This document shows positions 18,676 to 29,204 of a stretch of 64,000 nt of DNA, piece after piece (positions within the stretch are counted from its first letter, which is position 1; each line of letters begins with the position of its first letter). The DNA comes from Flavobacteriales bacterium (lineage in GTDB: Bacteria; Bacteroidota; Bacteroidia; Palsa-965). The notes below the pieces were generated by a model, which did not search any database, was not told the origin of the DNA, and saw nothing but the letters and a program-made list of their open reading frames with translations. The translations under genes and the position numbers were made by a program. Where the stretch lies: assembly GCA_040377305.1 (NCBI GenBank), contig JBEIPA010000008.1, positions 128,001 to 192,000 of the forward strand. The letters are read 5' to 3'.

Positions 18676-20079
18676 TTACTCTTTCACCAGCTTCGCAGTA
18701 CTCACCATCTCTTCTCCTTCTATCATCACAGAGTAAATTCCGCGAGCTAAGTCTGCAGCAGGAATTTCAAGGATAACAGGCCCAGCCGGAACACTTTCAG
18801 TTGCTGAAAGCACCAAGCGACCAGTTGCGTCGTACACACTCCACTTCACGTTTTGTGAATGTGTTGTGTTCATGTTCACGAAGAAATTCGAGTTGAATGG
18901 ATTTGGATACGCTGTTAGGTCGACTGCCGGTGTTGCGAATTCAGATGCCCCAGTAATCGCGGCGGTAATGTCCAGTATGAACAATCCGTTCTGCATATCA
19001 GAGCAGATGATCAAGCCTGAAGGAAGATCGGTGTAAGCGCCCCAACATCCGTGGTAAGCCTGCGTATAGTTTGGAAAATTGATCAGCGTATCCGTATCGA
19101 AATAGCCAGTGCGCACAATGTTCGAAGGATTACTGATGTTGAACACTTGCAGTCCATCTGTATAGTTCGCACCAATGAGAATGTCATTGCCCATGATATA
19201 CGGATTGTGCGGTGTGTTGCCGGTGTTTGAACGGAAAGTTTGATTCACAGAAATGTTCCCCATGTTAGAAACATCAATTGATTTGATTCCACGACCTGCG
19301 GGAACTTCATCCATAAAGATGAGCGTGCTTCCGTCGGAGGTTAAGAAACTGCTGTGGTTGTAACCGCTCTCGGGGTACGAAGTCAGAATTCCGATCTGCT
19401 GGAACGTGGTTGAGAATCTGTAAATGAACAATCCGTCGTAACCACCTGACGCGTACACCGTGTCATTGCGCACAAACATATCGTGAACTGAACCCGGATT
19501 GTTGTAATCCTGACCAAGGTGACGAATCAACGTTGGCGTAGTTGGATCGGCAGAAAGATCGTACACAGCCATTGAATAGAAGAACGCGTTGTTATCGCCG
19601 GTTACACTTCCGCACCAGAGGTTATCGCCATCAACATAAATTGTGTGACAACGTTCGAAGATGGAATTGTCGTTACGTACTATGTGAACTGAATCCGGCA
19701 GGTAACTCATATCTGCAATGATGAAAGAGTTTGGTGCAGCGTCATCTGATACGATGTAGCAATAGTTCTGATACGTTTTGACTTCGTGCCAGATCAGATC
19801 ACCATGCGTCGCAGGAATGAAATCGCACAACACAGGTAACGCAGGATTTGTAATGTCGATAAAGAATGTTCCGTCAGATGCACCCATGATTGCGTACTCG
19901 CGATTGTTCACGGTGTCTGCCCAACCCCAGATACCCTGGTACTGGATGCCGTAAACCGGTTCCGGATCCTGTGTAGGATTGAACCAATGTCCGATCATAT
20001 TGACATTCTGTGAAGCATACGATTGTGCGTTCACTGCGAAAGGAAGCAGTGCTAATAGGAAAAAGTAGATTTTCTTCAT
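18676..20079 (-). CDS. Choice-of-anchor B (LVIVD repeat) protein with T9SS C-terminal domain
   Basis: IWGW...REYA, WHEVKTY, YNHSSFL, PHNPY, GCWGAY; YPNPF...GIYSV CTD. Confidence 0.85.
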   Translation of the reverse strand: MKKIYFFLLALLPFAVNAQSYASQNVNMIGHWFNPTQDPEPVYGIQYQGIWGWADTVNNREYAIMGASDGTFFIDITNPALPVLCDFIPATHGDLIWHEVKTYQNYCYIVSDDAAPNSFIIADMSYLPDSVHIVRNDNSIFERCHTIYVDGDNLWCGSVTGDNNAFFYSMAVYDLSADPTTPTLIRHLGQDYNNPGSVHDMFVRNDTVYASGGYDGLFIYRFSTTFQQIGILTSYPESGYNHSSFLTSDGSTLIFMDEVPAGRGIKSIDVSNMGNISVNQTFRSNTGNTPHNPYIMGNDILIGANYTDGLQVFNISNPSNIVRTGYFDTDTLINFPNYTQAYHGCWGAYTDLPSGLIICSDMQNGLFILDITAAITGASEFATPAVDLTAYPNPFNSNFFVNMNTTHSQNVKWSVYDATGRLVLSATESVPAGPVILEIPAADLARGIYSVMIEGEEMVSTAKLVKE

Positions 20080-20120
20080 GATGAGATATTGAGAGGTCAA
20101 GATACGAAATCGCGGGAGAA

Positions 20121-20210
20121 GGAATTAGGGGATTAAGGGATTGGGGGATTTGGGACTACAAGTGGTATGAACCGCCCAAATCCCACAATCCCCCAATTCC
20201 GCATCTCCTC
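20121..20210. repeat. 8-9-mer inverted repeat element (GGGGATT family)
   Basis: GGAATTAGGGGATTAAGGGGATTGGGGGATTTGGG versus CCCAAATCCCACAATCCCCCAATTCC. Confidence 0.7.
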
Positions 20211-20238
20211 AACGACTAATAACGAGGGAATGCTTTTG

Positions 20239-21054
20239 TTATAACTCCGCTACCATTTGGGCAATAATCTTCGTCATCTTCTTCTCTGCAATTGCCGCCA
20301 CATGCTGCACTTCTTCGTGTGAAACCACAACAATTTTTCCGGGAACACCCAAATCTGTGATCACCGACATGGCAAAACAAGGTAGACCCATGTGACGCGC
20401 AACGATGACTTCAGGAACAGTACTCATTCCAACTGTATCAGCGCCGATATTGCGAACGTATTTGTATTCAGCCGGTGTCTCGAATGTTGGACCGCTTAAT
20501 CCAGCATAAATACCGTGCACAACATTAACTTGCAATGATGCTGCAACTTTCTCGCACAGTTTCACCAATGATTTGTCGTATGCATCACTCATATCCGGAA
20601 AACGCGGACCGAATCGCTTATCGTTTGGACCAACGAGCGGATGTGCAGGAAATAAGTTGATGTGATCGGTAATGATCATGAGATCACCGATTTCAAAATC
20701 AGGATTTACGCCACCGGATGCATTCGAAAGGAACAGGCGCTGTATACCGAGAACCTTCATCACACGAACCGGAAAAGTTACTTCCTGCATTCCATAGCCT
20801 TCGTAGTAATGAAAACGACCCTGCATAGCAACTACATTCTTTCCGCTGAGCTTGCCGAAAATCAGTTTTCCTGAATGACCTTCCACGGTCGATACCGGAA
20901 AATCAGGAATGGTGTCGTACGGAATTACAAAATCAGCTTTGATTTCATTAACGAGTCCGCCTAAACCGGTGCCGAGAATAATTCCGGTTTCAGGAACGAA
21001 TCCGTTGGTCTTCTCATTGAGAAACTTTACGGTTGATTGAATGCGATCGAACAT
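20239..21054 (-). CDS. punA: Purine nucleoside phosphorylase (trimeric type)
   Basis: ILGTGLG, STVEGHSG, MQGRFHYYEG, GPTFETPAE, VGMSTVPE. Confidence 0.93.
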   Translation of the reverse strand: MFDRIQSTVKFLNEKTNGFVPETGIILGTGLGGLVNEIKADFVIPYDTIPDFPVSTVEGHSGKLIFGKLSGKNVVAMQGRFHYYEGYGMQEVTFPVRVMKVLGIQRLFLSNASGGVNPDFEIGDLMIITDHINLFPAHPLVGPNDKRFGPRFPDMSDAYDKSLVKLCEKVAASLQVNVVHGIYAGLSGPTFETPAEYKYVRNIGADTVGMSTVPEVIVARHMGLPCFAMSVITDLGVPGKIVVVSHEEVQHVAAIAEKKMTKIIAQMVAEL

Positions 21055-22111
21055 ATTCAGTTACTTGGAGGTTAAAATCTTCTGCGTCATCATGAAACGC
21101 AATTTCAATCGGAATGTAGTAAAGCGGAAGATCGCCGATGTATTCTTTGAGTCCCGGTTTCTCCAGACGCATCGCATCCTTCTCGGTCATCAGCACAATC
21201 TTCTTATGATTCGTGTTAGCTTTAAACAATTCCTGCAAACGTAGCAGATCGGCAGGAGAAAACTCGTAATGATCACGAAATTTATACGGGATCAATTCCT
21301 TGACCTGATCCTGAAGATAATATTGAAGCGAATCTGCGTTGGCGATACCCGTCATCAGGAAAACAGTATAGCCTTCGCTTGCAATCTGTTCACGAGGAAT
21401 TTCGTTCAGTCCTTCCATGCCTTTCAACGGAATGATATTGCCATAGCGAATCGTAGAGAAATAAATTTTCTGGTACGGTTCAGCTTTCAGATCTTTCATC
21501 ACACGTTTTCGCTCAAGCGGAGAAAACATCTCAGGCGTTTTCGTCACGATGATAATGTCGGCACGCTTCGATCCTCGTTTTGATTCCCGAAGATTCCCGG
21601 TTGGAAGAATATAATCTTCGTAATACAGCTGCGAATAATCGGTAAGCAGAATCTGCAAGCCGGGTTTAATTCGCCTGTGCTGAAAAACATCGTCGAGTAG
21701 AATCACCTGACGATCCGGAAATTGTTCACGCAGTTTTTTCACACCACGCACACGGTTTCCATCTACAGCCACAGGAACGTCCTCCGGAAAACGGTGACGA
21801 AATTGTTTGGGCTCGTCACCAATATCCAAAGTCGTCATGGAACGATCGGCAACAAGAAATCCAGAAGTCTTTCTTCCGTAGCCGCGACTCAGTGTTGCAA
21901 TTCGGTACTTCGGGTGCAGCAACTTCACGAGATATTCAACGTGCGGGGTTTTTCCTGTTCCGCCAACTGTAAGATTTCCCACTCCGATCAAAGGAATATC
22001 ACGAAACTCTGTCACTGGAAAAATTCCGAGATCAAACAGCTTGTTGCGAAGCCAGGTAGCAAAGCCGTAAATTATGGCGATTGGGAAAGCGAGTATGCGG
22101 AGAAGTTTCAC
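21014..22111 (-). CDS. lpxK: Tetraacyldisaccharide 4'-kinase
   Basis: VGNLTVGGTGKTP, LSRGYG, GDEP, LDDVFQH; start set at GTG 22111. Confidence 0.95.
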   Translation of the reverse strand: MKLLRILAFPIAIIYGFATWLRNKLFDLGIFPVTEFRDIPLIGVGNLTVGGTGKTPHVEYLVKLLHPKYRIATLSRGYGRKTSGFLVADRSMTTLDIGDEPKQFRHRFPEDVPVAVDGNRVRGVKKLREQFPDRQVILLDDVFQHRRIKPGLQILLTDYSQLYYEDYILPTGNLRESKRGSKRADIIIVTKTPEMFSPLERKRVMKDLKAEPYQKIYFSTIRYGNIIPLKGMEGLNEIPREQIASEGYTVFLMTGIANADSLQYYLQDQVKELIPYKFRDHYEFSPADLLRLQELFKANTNHKKIVLMTEKDAMRLEKPGLKEYIGDLPLYYIPIEIAFHDDAEDFNLQVTEYVRSHSINRKVSQ

Positions 22112-22298
22112 TAATGCGAAGATAGCGGTTAGGCCGGAGTTAAGCTGCCTGAAACGCAGACGTACTTCAATCTTACACGAAACAATGGCCTTTCTACACA
22201 ATTATACAATCACGATTTACTACTAGACCGTCAAAGGATATAATGAGTAAATTAGTTCATTCAGATCAGCTTGTCAACTTCCGAAGAACAGGATTCCA

Positions 22299-23159
22299 AT
22301 GAGAAAACTTCACACTATTTTCCTGTTCGCCACGTGTAGTTTTTCTGTTGGGTTGTTTGTTCAACAACTAACACCTGATCAATACATTCCACTAGACGCT
22401 ACACTGAGCAAAACGAAGAATGTTTCATTGGGTAAAGACGATTATTTAATAAAGAGAAACACGAAACCTGTGCCGGATATTAGTCGCAAGTTCATATTAC
22501 TCGAAACCGGAGTTTCCAGGCTTTCAATTCCAAACCACATGCTGCAGCTCGATAGCACAGTCCCATCACAAGGATTGTACGCTCCGATTGTATCTTTCAC
22601 TTGGGCCACTCAGAAAAGGTTGCATTGCTTCTTTAGTCAATCAGTGGTGATTGCGACGTTTGCACAGACAAGTTCTTATGGAACGGGATATTCGAATGAT
22701 CCGCACTCTCCGGGATATTCTGTAAAGGAACGTATCGCAATATTTTCACGACTGTCTTTCACGGGATGGACAGCTAATCTTAATCTGGAATTTGGGAACA
22801 GATTTTACTGGGGAGCCAAGTTCTCTGCTGGACTTGGATTAGGAGGTTTTTATGACCGCTATTGGCAACATTATTACAAAAAAACTACTTTCAGTCCTCA
22901 AGCCACTACCGTCTTAACTGAGGTAACCAGCGGAACAATGGCAGTTGGATTGGCATTCGCATTTTATGGCGGTGCTGCAATACATCTAGGTTATGCCCTG
23001 AACGATCAATTCGCAATATCGTTTACAGCTGCAGAGAATATATGGTTATTGCCAGGTCACGCTTTGGTTGAGGGATATTACCTTGAAGATGGGATGATCG
23101 ACAGGCTCGATCCTGTAGCACAGGTAGGAGTTCGCTATACTTTCCGTAAAACGGAGTGA
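22299..23159 (+). CDS. Hypothetical outer-membrane beta-barrel-like protein
   Basis: Signal-like N-terminus, amphipathic strands, C-terminal QVGVRYTF. Confidence 0.55.
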   Translation: MRKLHTIFLFATCSFSVGLFVQQLTPDQYIPLDATLSKTKNVSLGKDDYLIKRNTKPVPDISRKFILLETGVSRLSIPNHMLQLDSTVPSQGLYAPIVSFTWATQKRLHCFFSQSVVIATFAQTSSYGTGYSNDPHSPGYSVKERIAIFSRLSFTGWTANLNLEFGNRFYWGAKFSAGLGLGGFYDRYWQHYYKKTTFSPQATTVLTEVTSGTMAVGLAFAFYGGAAIHLGYALNDQFAISFTAAENIWLLPGHALVEGYYLEDGMIDRLDPVAQVGVRYTFRKTE

Positions 23160-23224
23160 GATTAATTTAAAGCTCTGCCACTTCCGCTTTCTCTGTTTGT
23201 ACTCCTCTGGCCTATCTTTACCGG

Positions 23225-24322
23225 ATGAAAATCTCCGAAGTAATATCTAATCTCGAATCGTGGGCTCCGCCATCACTCCAGGAATCGTACGACAATTGCG
23301 GACTCATCGTGGGTAATGCGCTTACGGAAATCACCGGCGTGCTTGTTTCTCTCGATTGCACAGAAGCCATTATCGATGAAGCTGTGAAGCATGGATGCAA
23401 CCTTGTTGTTGCTCATCACCCGATTGTATTCTCCGGATTGAAAAAGTTCAACGGAAAAAACTACGTCGAGAGAACAGTTATTTCTGCAATCAAAAACAAC
23501 GTAGCCATTTACGCCATTCACACCAATCTAGATAATGTTCACAACGGGGTGAACAAGAAAATTTCGGACGTGCTTGGATTGCAGAACGCAAAAATTCTTG
23601 CGCCGAAGTCGGGCTTGTTAAAAAAGTTTGTGACGTTTTGTCCGGCTGATTCTGCGGAGAAAGTTCGTGAGGCATTGTGGGAAGCAGGCGCAGGCACCAT
23701 TGGAAATTACGACAAAGTGAGTTACAATCTGGATGGAACGGGAACGTATCGCGGTAATGAGCACTCGAATCCGGTTGTTGGTGAAAAAGGAAAGATGATG
23801 CGTGAACCGGAAGAGCGAATCGAAATCATATATGCAACTCATCAGGAAGGAAAAATTCTGCAGGCGTTGCGCGCTTCACATCCGTACGAGGAAATTGCAT
23901 ACGATCTTTACCCGATGACTAATCAGTGGCAGCAAGTGGGCTCCGGAATGGTCGGTGATCTTGCCGTTCCTTTGGGTCAGAATGAGTTTTTAGGTCTGGT
24001 TAAAACCATGCTCAAGGCGCCCGTGATCCGGTACACACCAACGCCCGGAAAACAGATCAAAAAAGTGGCAGTTTGTGGTGGATCGGGCAGTTTTTTGCTT
24101 CCGGATGCAATTCGGGCCGGGGCTGATGCATTCGTCACGGCCGACTTCAAATACCACCAGTTCTTCGACGGGGAAGGAAAAATCCTGATTGCTGACGTGG
24201 GACACTTTGAAACTGAGCAGTTTACAATTGACCTTATCAGCGACAGGCTAAGGGAATTTATCACTACATTTGCAGTCCGCAAAACGGAAATTGTCACAAA
24301 TCCGATAAATTACCACGTATGA
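23225..24322 (+). CDS. Nif3-like dinuclear metal centre protein (GTP cyclohydrolase I type 2 family)
   Basis: YDNCGL, AHHPIVF, HTNLD, HPYEE, CGGSG, GHFETE. Confidence 0.93.
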   Translation: MKISEVISNLESWAPPSLQESYDNCGLIVGNALTEITGVLVSLDCTEAIIDEAVKHGCNLVVAHHPIVFSGLKKFNGKNYVERTVISAIKNNVAIYAIHTNLDNVHNGVNKKISDVLGLQNAKILAPKSGLLKKFVTFCPADSAEKVREALWEAGAGTIGNYDKVSYNLDGTGTYRGNEHSNPVVGEKGKMMREPEERIEIIYATHQEGKILQALRASHPYEEIAYDLYPMTNQWQQVGSGMVGDLAVPLGQNEFLGLVKTMLKAPVIRYTPTPGKQIKKVAVCGGSGSFLLPDAIRAGADAFVTADFKYHQFFDGEGKILIADVGHFETEQFTIDLISDRLREFITTFAVRKTEIVTNPINYHV

Positions 24323-25146
24323 ACATGACGAAGGCGAAAAAGGCCGATGAGAAATCGGACATCCCGGTAGAAGAAAAACTCAAAGCACTTTACGAATTAC
24401 AACAGATCGATTCACAGATCGACCGTATCCGTACAGTACGTGGAGAATTGCCGTTGGAAGTTCGCGATCTTGAGGACGAAGTAGCAGGTTTGCAGACGCG
24501 TGCAAACAACCTCAACGACGAAATCAAGGCGTTGGAAGATTCAATCAACGATAAGAAAAACGTTTCGAAAGACGCGTTAGCTGCAATTAAAAAATATGAA
24601 GGTCAGCAAGGGAAAGTTCGCAACAACCGCGAGTTTGATTCCCTGAGCAAAGAGATCGAGTTTCAGAACCTCGAGATTCAGCTTGCTGAGAAGCGTACTA
24701 AAGAGTTCAAAGCTCAGATCGCTGCGAAAAAAGAAATCATTGACGGTTCACAAGCTACTCTCGACGAGCGTAAAGAAGATTTGCGTTTGAAGAAAGAAGA
24801 GCTCGAAGACATCGTTGCAGAAACACGCAAGGAGGAAGAAGAATTGCTTGAGCACTCAAAAGTTGCTGAGCAGAAAATCGAAGCTCGCTTGCTGAATGCA
24901 TACCAACGCGTTCGCCAGAACGTTCGCAACGGCCTCGCTGTTGTACACGTACAGCGTGATGCTTGCGGAGGATGTTTCAATAAAATTCCACCACAGCGCC
25001 AGTTGGATATCCGTACACACAAGAAAATTATCGTGTGCGAACATTGCGGACGCATCTTGGTAGATGCTGATTTCCTACTCGGAAACGGTCGCCCGGTTGA
25101 GCCTGTAGTTGAGAAGAAAGTTACTCGCTCACGCGCTACAAAATAA
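24319..25146 (+). CDS. Coiled-coil C4-type zinc-ribbon protein (DUF164-like)
   Basis: Long coiled coil; CGGC...CEHCGRIL. Confidence 0.9.
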   Translation: MNMTKAKKADEKSDIPVEEKLKALYELQQIDSQIDRIRTVRGELPLEVRDLEDEVAGLQTRANNLNDEIKALEDSINDKKNVSKDALAAIKKYEGQQGKVRNNREFDSLSKEIEFQNLEIQLAEKRTKEFKAQIAAKKEIIDGSQATLDERKEDLRLKKEELEDIVAETRKEEEELLEHSKVAEQKIEARLLNAYQRVRQNVRNGLAVVHVQRDACGGCFNKIPPQRQLDIRTHKKIIVCEHCGRILVDADFLLGNGRPVEPVVEKKVTRSRATK

Positions 25147-25190
25147 TTGACAGTTGTGCCGAAAGGCACTCTGCAGTCAAAGTAAATAGG

Positions 25191-25221
25191 AAGAGGAATC
25201 GTGAAAGCGGTTCCTCTTTTT
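25191..25221 (+). terminator. Rho-independent terminator
   Basis: AAGAGGAATCG-TGAAAG-CGGTTCCTCTTTTT. Confidence 0.75.
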
Positions 25222-25342
25222 GTTTAAGTAACTTCCTTGGAGCGGTGCGAAATTATTTCAAGTAGCAGATACACGCTGCACGATGACATTCGGGGAAGGT
25301 GAAAAATTTATCGAACATCTTCTCGAACAGATGAAGCAATAA

Positions 25343-25400
25343 CCGTTGCTTACATCATTATCGCCGTTCCTTACATGTGGCGTGCGTACGTTACATGTGC
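25343..25400 (+). promoter_or_regulatory. Putative transcription-factor direct repeats (LytTR-like period)
   Basis: CCGTT(G/C)CTTACAT at 25343 and 25364 (21-bp period); third TTACATGTG at 25391. Confidence 0.45.
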
Positions 25401-25449
25401 CGAGGTGATGCGATAATAGAGAGTTAGGTTTAACAAATAAACCTACTCT

Positions 25450-27651
25450 ATGAAAACAACAAACTCAAAATCTAAATGGCTAAGCCGTGCAACGTTATTA
25501 ATTGCGCTGGTAGCAAGCACACTCACTCATGCGCAGGCGCCATGCGATGTCTACGATTGTAACGCTGCTCCAGGACCATGGACCCAAGTGGGCACAGGTG
25601 TCTCACTTAGCGGTACCAATATTTCCATGTCCGCGGCGGGATCTGGTGGACCTGCACGATATGTGCACACAACCCTAACTGGTGGTGTGCTCAATAACAA
25701 TTGGGTATGCGATTTCGAATTCAAGGTAAGTAGTGGTTCGGGACCCGCTCATTCTTTAGTTTCGTTTACGGAAGGGTCAGGTGCAGGTGTCGTGAGCGCT
25801 CATGGTTATTGGTCTGGTGCAACTTTTCAGTATTACCGGACACATTGCATAGAAGCATATCTGATCGCTCCATACGGCACCTCAAATCCTAATTCGTGGG
25901 AACTGCGCGGGCAATCAAAATTGCGTGTGGGTGGTGCATATGGATCCACTACGACTACGCCAATTCCATGGGCAAGTTCAGCTCCCATTTCTCTTGGGCC
26001 GAGTTGGAGCAGTTCAAAAATATACTACGGACGTTTGCAACGACTCGATGCGACCCACGGTCTAATAAGTCTATTTTCCGATCCTTTGCGCACGGTATCG
26101 ATGGGATCACAATGCTTTCCAATTGATCCAGGTATAACAGGACTCACAGCTGTTCAGAACGGAACATTTGCTGAAGGATCGGTGGGTCGGTGGGTTACGG
26201 GTAGTGTGGATAATATCAGCGTGTGTAAACTTTCTCCAGTGATAAGTGGACCAACTTCCATTTGTGCTTCTGGTACGGGTGTATTCACGATGTGGAGTGG
26301 AAACTCGGCCATTACGGGTGGTATAAATGGTTTTCCCGGATCCACTGGTATTACATGGTCAGGAGGATCTTCTTACTCACCCGGTCCAGGTGGAATTTCG
26401 AGCACAAGTCCTCCCGGACTTCACAATGAATGCACCATTAGTATGACTGCTACCGGATGGATCAGTTGTACAATTAACTATCCATGTGGTGCTTCCGTTA
26501 CCTATTCCAAATACGTCATCGTAAATCCGCTGCCCACCTCCGTCATAACGGGCCCAGCTATGTTCTGTGCAGGTGCACCAATCCTACTCAATGGATCCGG
26601 ATCAACCAATGAAACTTCACACCGCTGGAAAGTAATTGAAACAGATGCATTCGGAGTGCCAGTTGCTGGTGCTTTATGGTGCGGTTATCCTACATGGACT
26701 CCTGGACCGGCAGGTTCGGTGAACATTTCTGCAATTCTACCTTGTTTATTTCCTTGTGGCAAACATTACAAAGCACGACTAGAAACACAAAACAGCTGCG
26801 GTAATGGTTCTGCTGAACACATATTTTTTGTGGCTTGTCCTCCAACTATCACAGTAACAGGTCCACCAGCGATCTGTGCAGGATCATGTGCTACGCTGAC
26901 CGCTTCTGGTGCAAGTCCGTTCTCGTATGTGTGGAGTCCATCAACCGGGCTCAGTTGCACCAATTGTGTGAGTCCGACGGCATGTCCAACATCAACTCAA
27001 GTTTATACTGTGCAAGGGACTTCTCTATTTGGTTGTACGGGTACTACAACCTATACACTGAATGTGAATCCAACCCCTACAGTTACACTTGGTCCGGATA
27101 TGTTTATCTGCTGTAGCAATTACTCGAACATCGACACCATCCCTCCTCCTACCGTAACCGGAGGTACCGGTCCATATTCATGTGTATGGACGTCGACTCC
27201 TGCCGCTGCCACCAGTATGTTGGCGTGTTCTCACTCGGGAGCGCATACGGGTACAACTTGTCACGCTCCAATGTTTCTCTGGCCTTGTCCTACATCTCCA
27301 ATAACGTATACAATGACAGTTACGGATGGAAACGGTTGTACCGGGATGGATGTTATTGTTCTCACGAATGATCCTGGCTGTCGCATGGCACAACACGCAA
27401 TCGACGATCAAGATGACACGCATCCAGCTTCGATCTTCCCTAACCCTGCCACCAAACTAATCACGGTGAACACTACAGAGGTTGCGAATCAGATCTTCAT
27501 TACGGATGCAATGGGACGTTCTGTACTAACGGTACAACCAGTAGCTGAACAAACACAGATTGATATCAGCACACTGTCGCCTGGAATTTACTTCGTGCAG
27601 ATCATGCAAGGTGAAGTCATTCAGACGGAACGATTGATCATTGAAGAATAA
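25450..27651 (+). CDS. Cys/Gly/Thr-rich secreted protein with PKD/SprB-like repeats and T9SS CTD
   Basis: Signal peptide; ICAG..TLTASG..YVWSPSTGLSCTNC..P repeats; IFPNPA...GIYFV CTD. Confidence 0.85.
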   Translation: MKTTNSKSKWLSRATLLIALVASTLTHAQAPCDVYDCNAAPGPWTQVGTGVSLSGTNISMSAAGSGGPARYVHTTLTGGVLNNNWVCDFEFKVSSGSGPAHSLVSFTEGSGAGVVSAHGYWSGATFQYYRTHCIEAYLIAPYGTSNPNSWELRGQSKLRVGGAYGSTTTTPIPWASSAPISLGPSWSSSKIYYGRLQRLDATHGLISLFSDPLRTVSMGSQCFPIDPGITGLTAVQNGTFAEGSVGRWVTGSVDNISVCKLSPVISGPTSICASGTGVFTMWSGNSAITGGINGFPGSTGITWSGGSSYSPGPGGISSTSPPGLHNECTISMTATGWISCTINYPCGASVTYSKYVIVNPLPTSVITGPAMFCAGAPILLNGSGSTNETSHRWKVIETDAFGVPVAGALWCGYPTWTPGPAGSVNISAILPCLFPCGKHYKARLETQNSCGNGSAEHIFFVACPPTITVTGPPAICAGSCATLTASGASPFSYVWSPSTGLSCTNCVSPTACPTSTQVYTVQGTSLFGCTGTTTYTLNVNPTPTVTLGPDMFICCSNYSNIDTIPPPTVTGGTGPYSCVWTSTPAAATSMLACSHSGAHTGTTCHAPMFLWPCPTSPITYTMTVTDGNGCTGMDVIVLTNDPGCRMAQHAIDDQDDTHPASIFPNPATKLITVNTTEVANQIFITDAMGRSVLTVQPVAEQTQIDISTLSPGIYFVQIMQGEVIQTERLIIEE

Positions 27652-27669
27652 CACAACCAGATAAAACGT

Positions 27670-27710
27670 AAACGTCCGGAAGATTATACTTCCGGACGTT
27701 TTATTTTTTT
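27670..27710. terminator. Bidirectional terminator between convergent genes
   Basis: AAACGTCCGGAAG-ATTATA-CTTCCGGACGTTT followed by T-run. Confidence 0.8.
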
Positions 27711-27724
27711 ACATCAGTTGATCA

Positions 27725-29188
27725 TTACTCCGTCACCGGCTGTTCGCCAAAGCGAAAACCAACCGTAAGCAGAACATTGATTGACTTCCACTTGTTCTCT
27801 ACCGGTTTTGCCAGCGACTGATCATAGAAGAAATAATTCTCCGTGTAACGCTGTGATACAAATCCAAGATCAACATAGAATGCATCGTTCGGATCGCGGT
27901 AACCCACACCACCTGTGATATACAAGCGGGCAACTTCGTTATTCACTTGCGGATTATACGGTGATCCATAGTAACCCATCCCTGCACGAACACTAAACGG
28001 AACAAATTTCATTTCTACACCCGCACGGATATTGCTCGCAGCTTTGTACTTCATTCGCACCTGCGCATTCTCGTCGAAAAAATTGTAGTCGGTCGATTTG
28101 AGTTTGCCGTCTGAGTAATCGACCATCTCATATTCCGCACTGATGAGCGCAAACTTTCCTACCACAACCGCAACGCTACCGGTCACACGCATTGGTGTAC
28201 GAATGGTGTAATTATAGTTTCCACTTGGCGATTCATACGCACGTAACGTATCACCAAGAATGGACTTCATCTTCGAGAAATACGTATCGCTGAGTTTCAA
28301 ATTCGTTGGTGAAGCAAATGCAAGTCCCACTCGTAACCAATCTGTCGCACGGAATATCACTCCGGCCTTGAAGTTGATACCGCGGCCTTTAGTTTCGAGA
28401 TACTGCTGAAACTCCAGATAGTCGAAATTCGAAACAGTATCGTACACTTCCTCTTCGGTGTAGAAAGTCGTTTCTTCATACTTCACGGTGGGAATACCAA
28501 TGCTCGCGCCGATGTAAAGTCGGTTATCGTAATTCGCGCCACCACCAAATGTCCACTCGCCCATTCCTCCGCGCATTTCAACCTGCTTGAACTGCCGAAG
28601 TGAATCTCCATCCGGAACACGATCGATGTAGTGAGTCGTATCCATGTACGGATCCATGAGATATGTTTCCCAGGCCAGACCTTCGTTGAAATAATCGAGA
28701 CTTGAAGGACCAGTACCAGCTGCACTTCGGGTCCAACTGTCGAGCATTGAAGTGTTCGAAGTTCCGGTCATCATCAGATTCGCCTGGAACGAATTGGTGC
28801 GGTTGTATGAAATTCCCATGGCGAGCATCTGCCAGCCGTGATCGGTTCGTATTTCAGGACGGGTAGCAACAACAAAACCGAACTCATCAACTTTCATGTT
28901 GAAGCGTTGGTCGCTGCTCATTGTGTCGTTGTAAGTCGAATTTACCGTCATGTTGTAGAACGACGGCGTGAACGAGAAATCGCTTTTGCGGAACACAGCT
29001 ATGCCGGCAGGATTGGTCGACATGGTTGAAACGTCGCCACCTAATGCACCGAATGCCCCGCCCATTGAAACGAACCGTGCTGTGCCGCCAAATCCCTGTC
29101 GGGAATAACGCAACACATCCTGTTCATTCTGACCAAATGCAAAAAGGGAAAGTAGTACGGAAGCACCGCACAGGATTAACTGCTTCAT
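27725..29188 (-). CDS. OmpP1/FadL-like outer membrane transporter
   Basis: GTARFVSMGGAFGALGGD...NPAGIAVF signature; beta-strand C-terminus. Confidence 0.85.
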   Translation of the reverse strand: MKQLILCGASVLLSLFAFGQNEQDVLRYSRQGFGGTARFVSMGGAFGALGGDVSTMSTNPAGIAVFRKSDFSFTPSFYNMTVNSTYNDTMSSDQRFNMKVDEFGFVVATRPEIRTDHGWQMLAMGISYNRTNSFQANLMMTGTSNTSMLDSWTRSAAGTGPSSLDYFNEGLAWETYLMDPYMDTTHYIDRVPDGDSLRQFKQVEMRGGMGEWTFGGGANYDNRLYIGASIGIPTVKYEETTFYTEEEVYDTVSNFDYLEFQQYLETKGRGINFKAGVIFRATDWLRVGLAFASPTNLKLSDTYFSKMKSILGDTLRAYESPSGNYNYTIRTPMRVTGSVAVVVGKFALISAEYEMVDYSDGKLKSTDYNFFDENAQVRMKYKAASNIRAGVEMKFVPFSVRAGMGYYGSPYNPQVNNEVARLYITGGVGYRDPNDAFYVDLGFVSQRYTENYFFYDQSLAKPVENKWKSINVLLTVGFRFGEQPVTE

Positions 29189-29204
29189 CACTCGTAAATT
29201 CTAA

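Noticed and set aside
18512-18736. 74-aa ORF in the REP cluster
   Set aside because: Translation of palindromic repeats and terminator, overlapping the next gene antisense.
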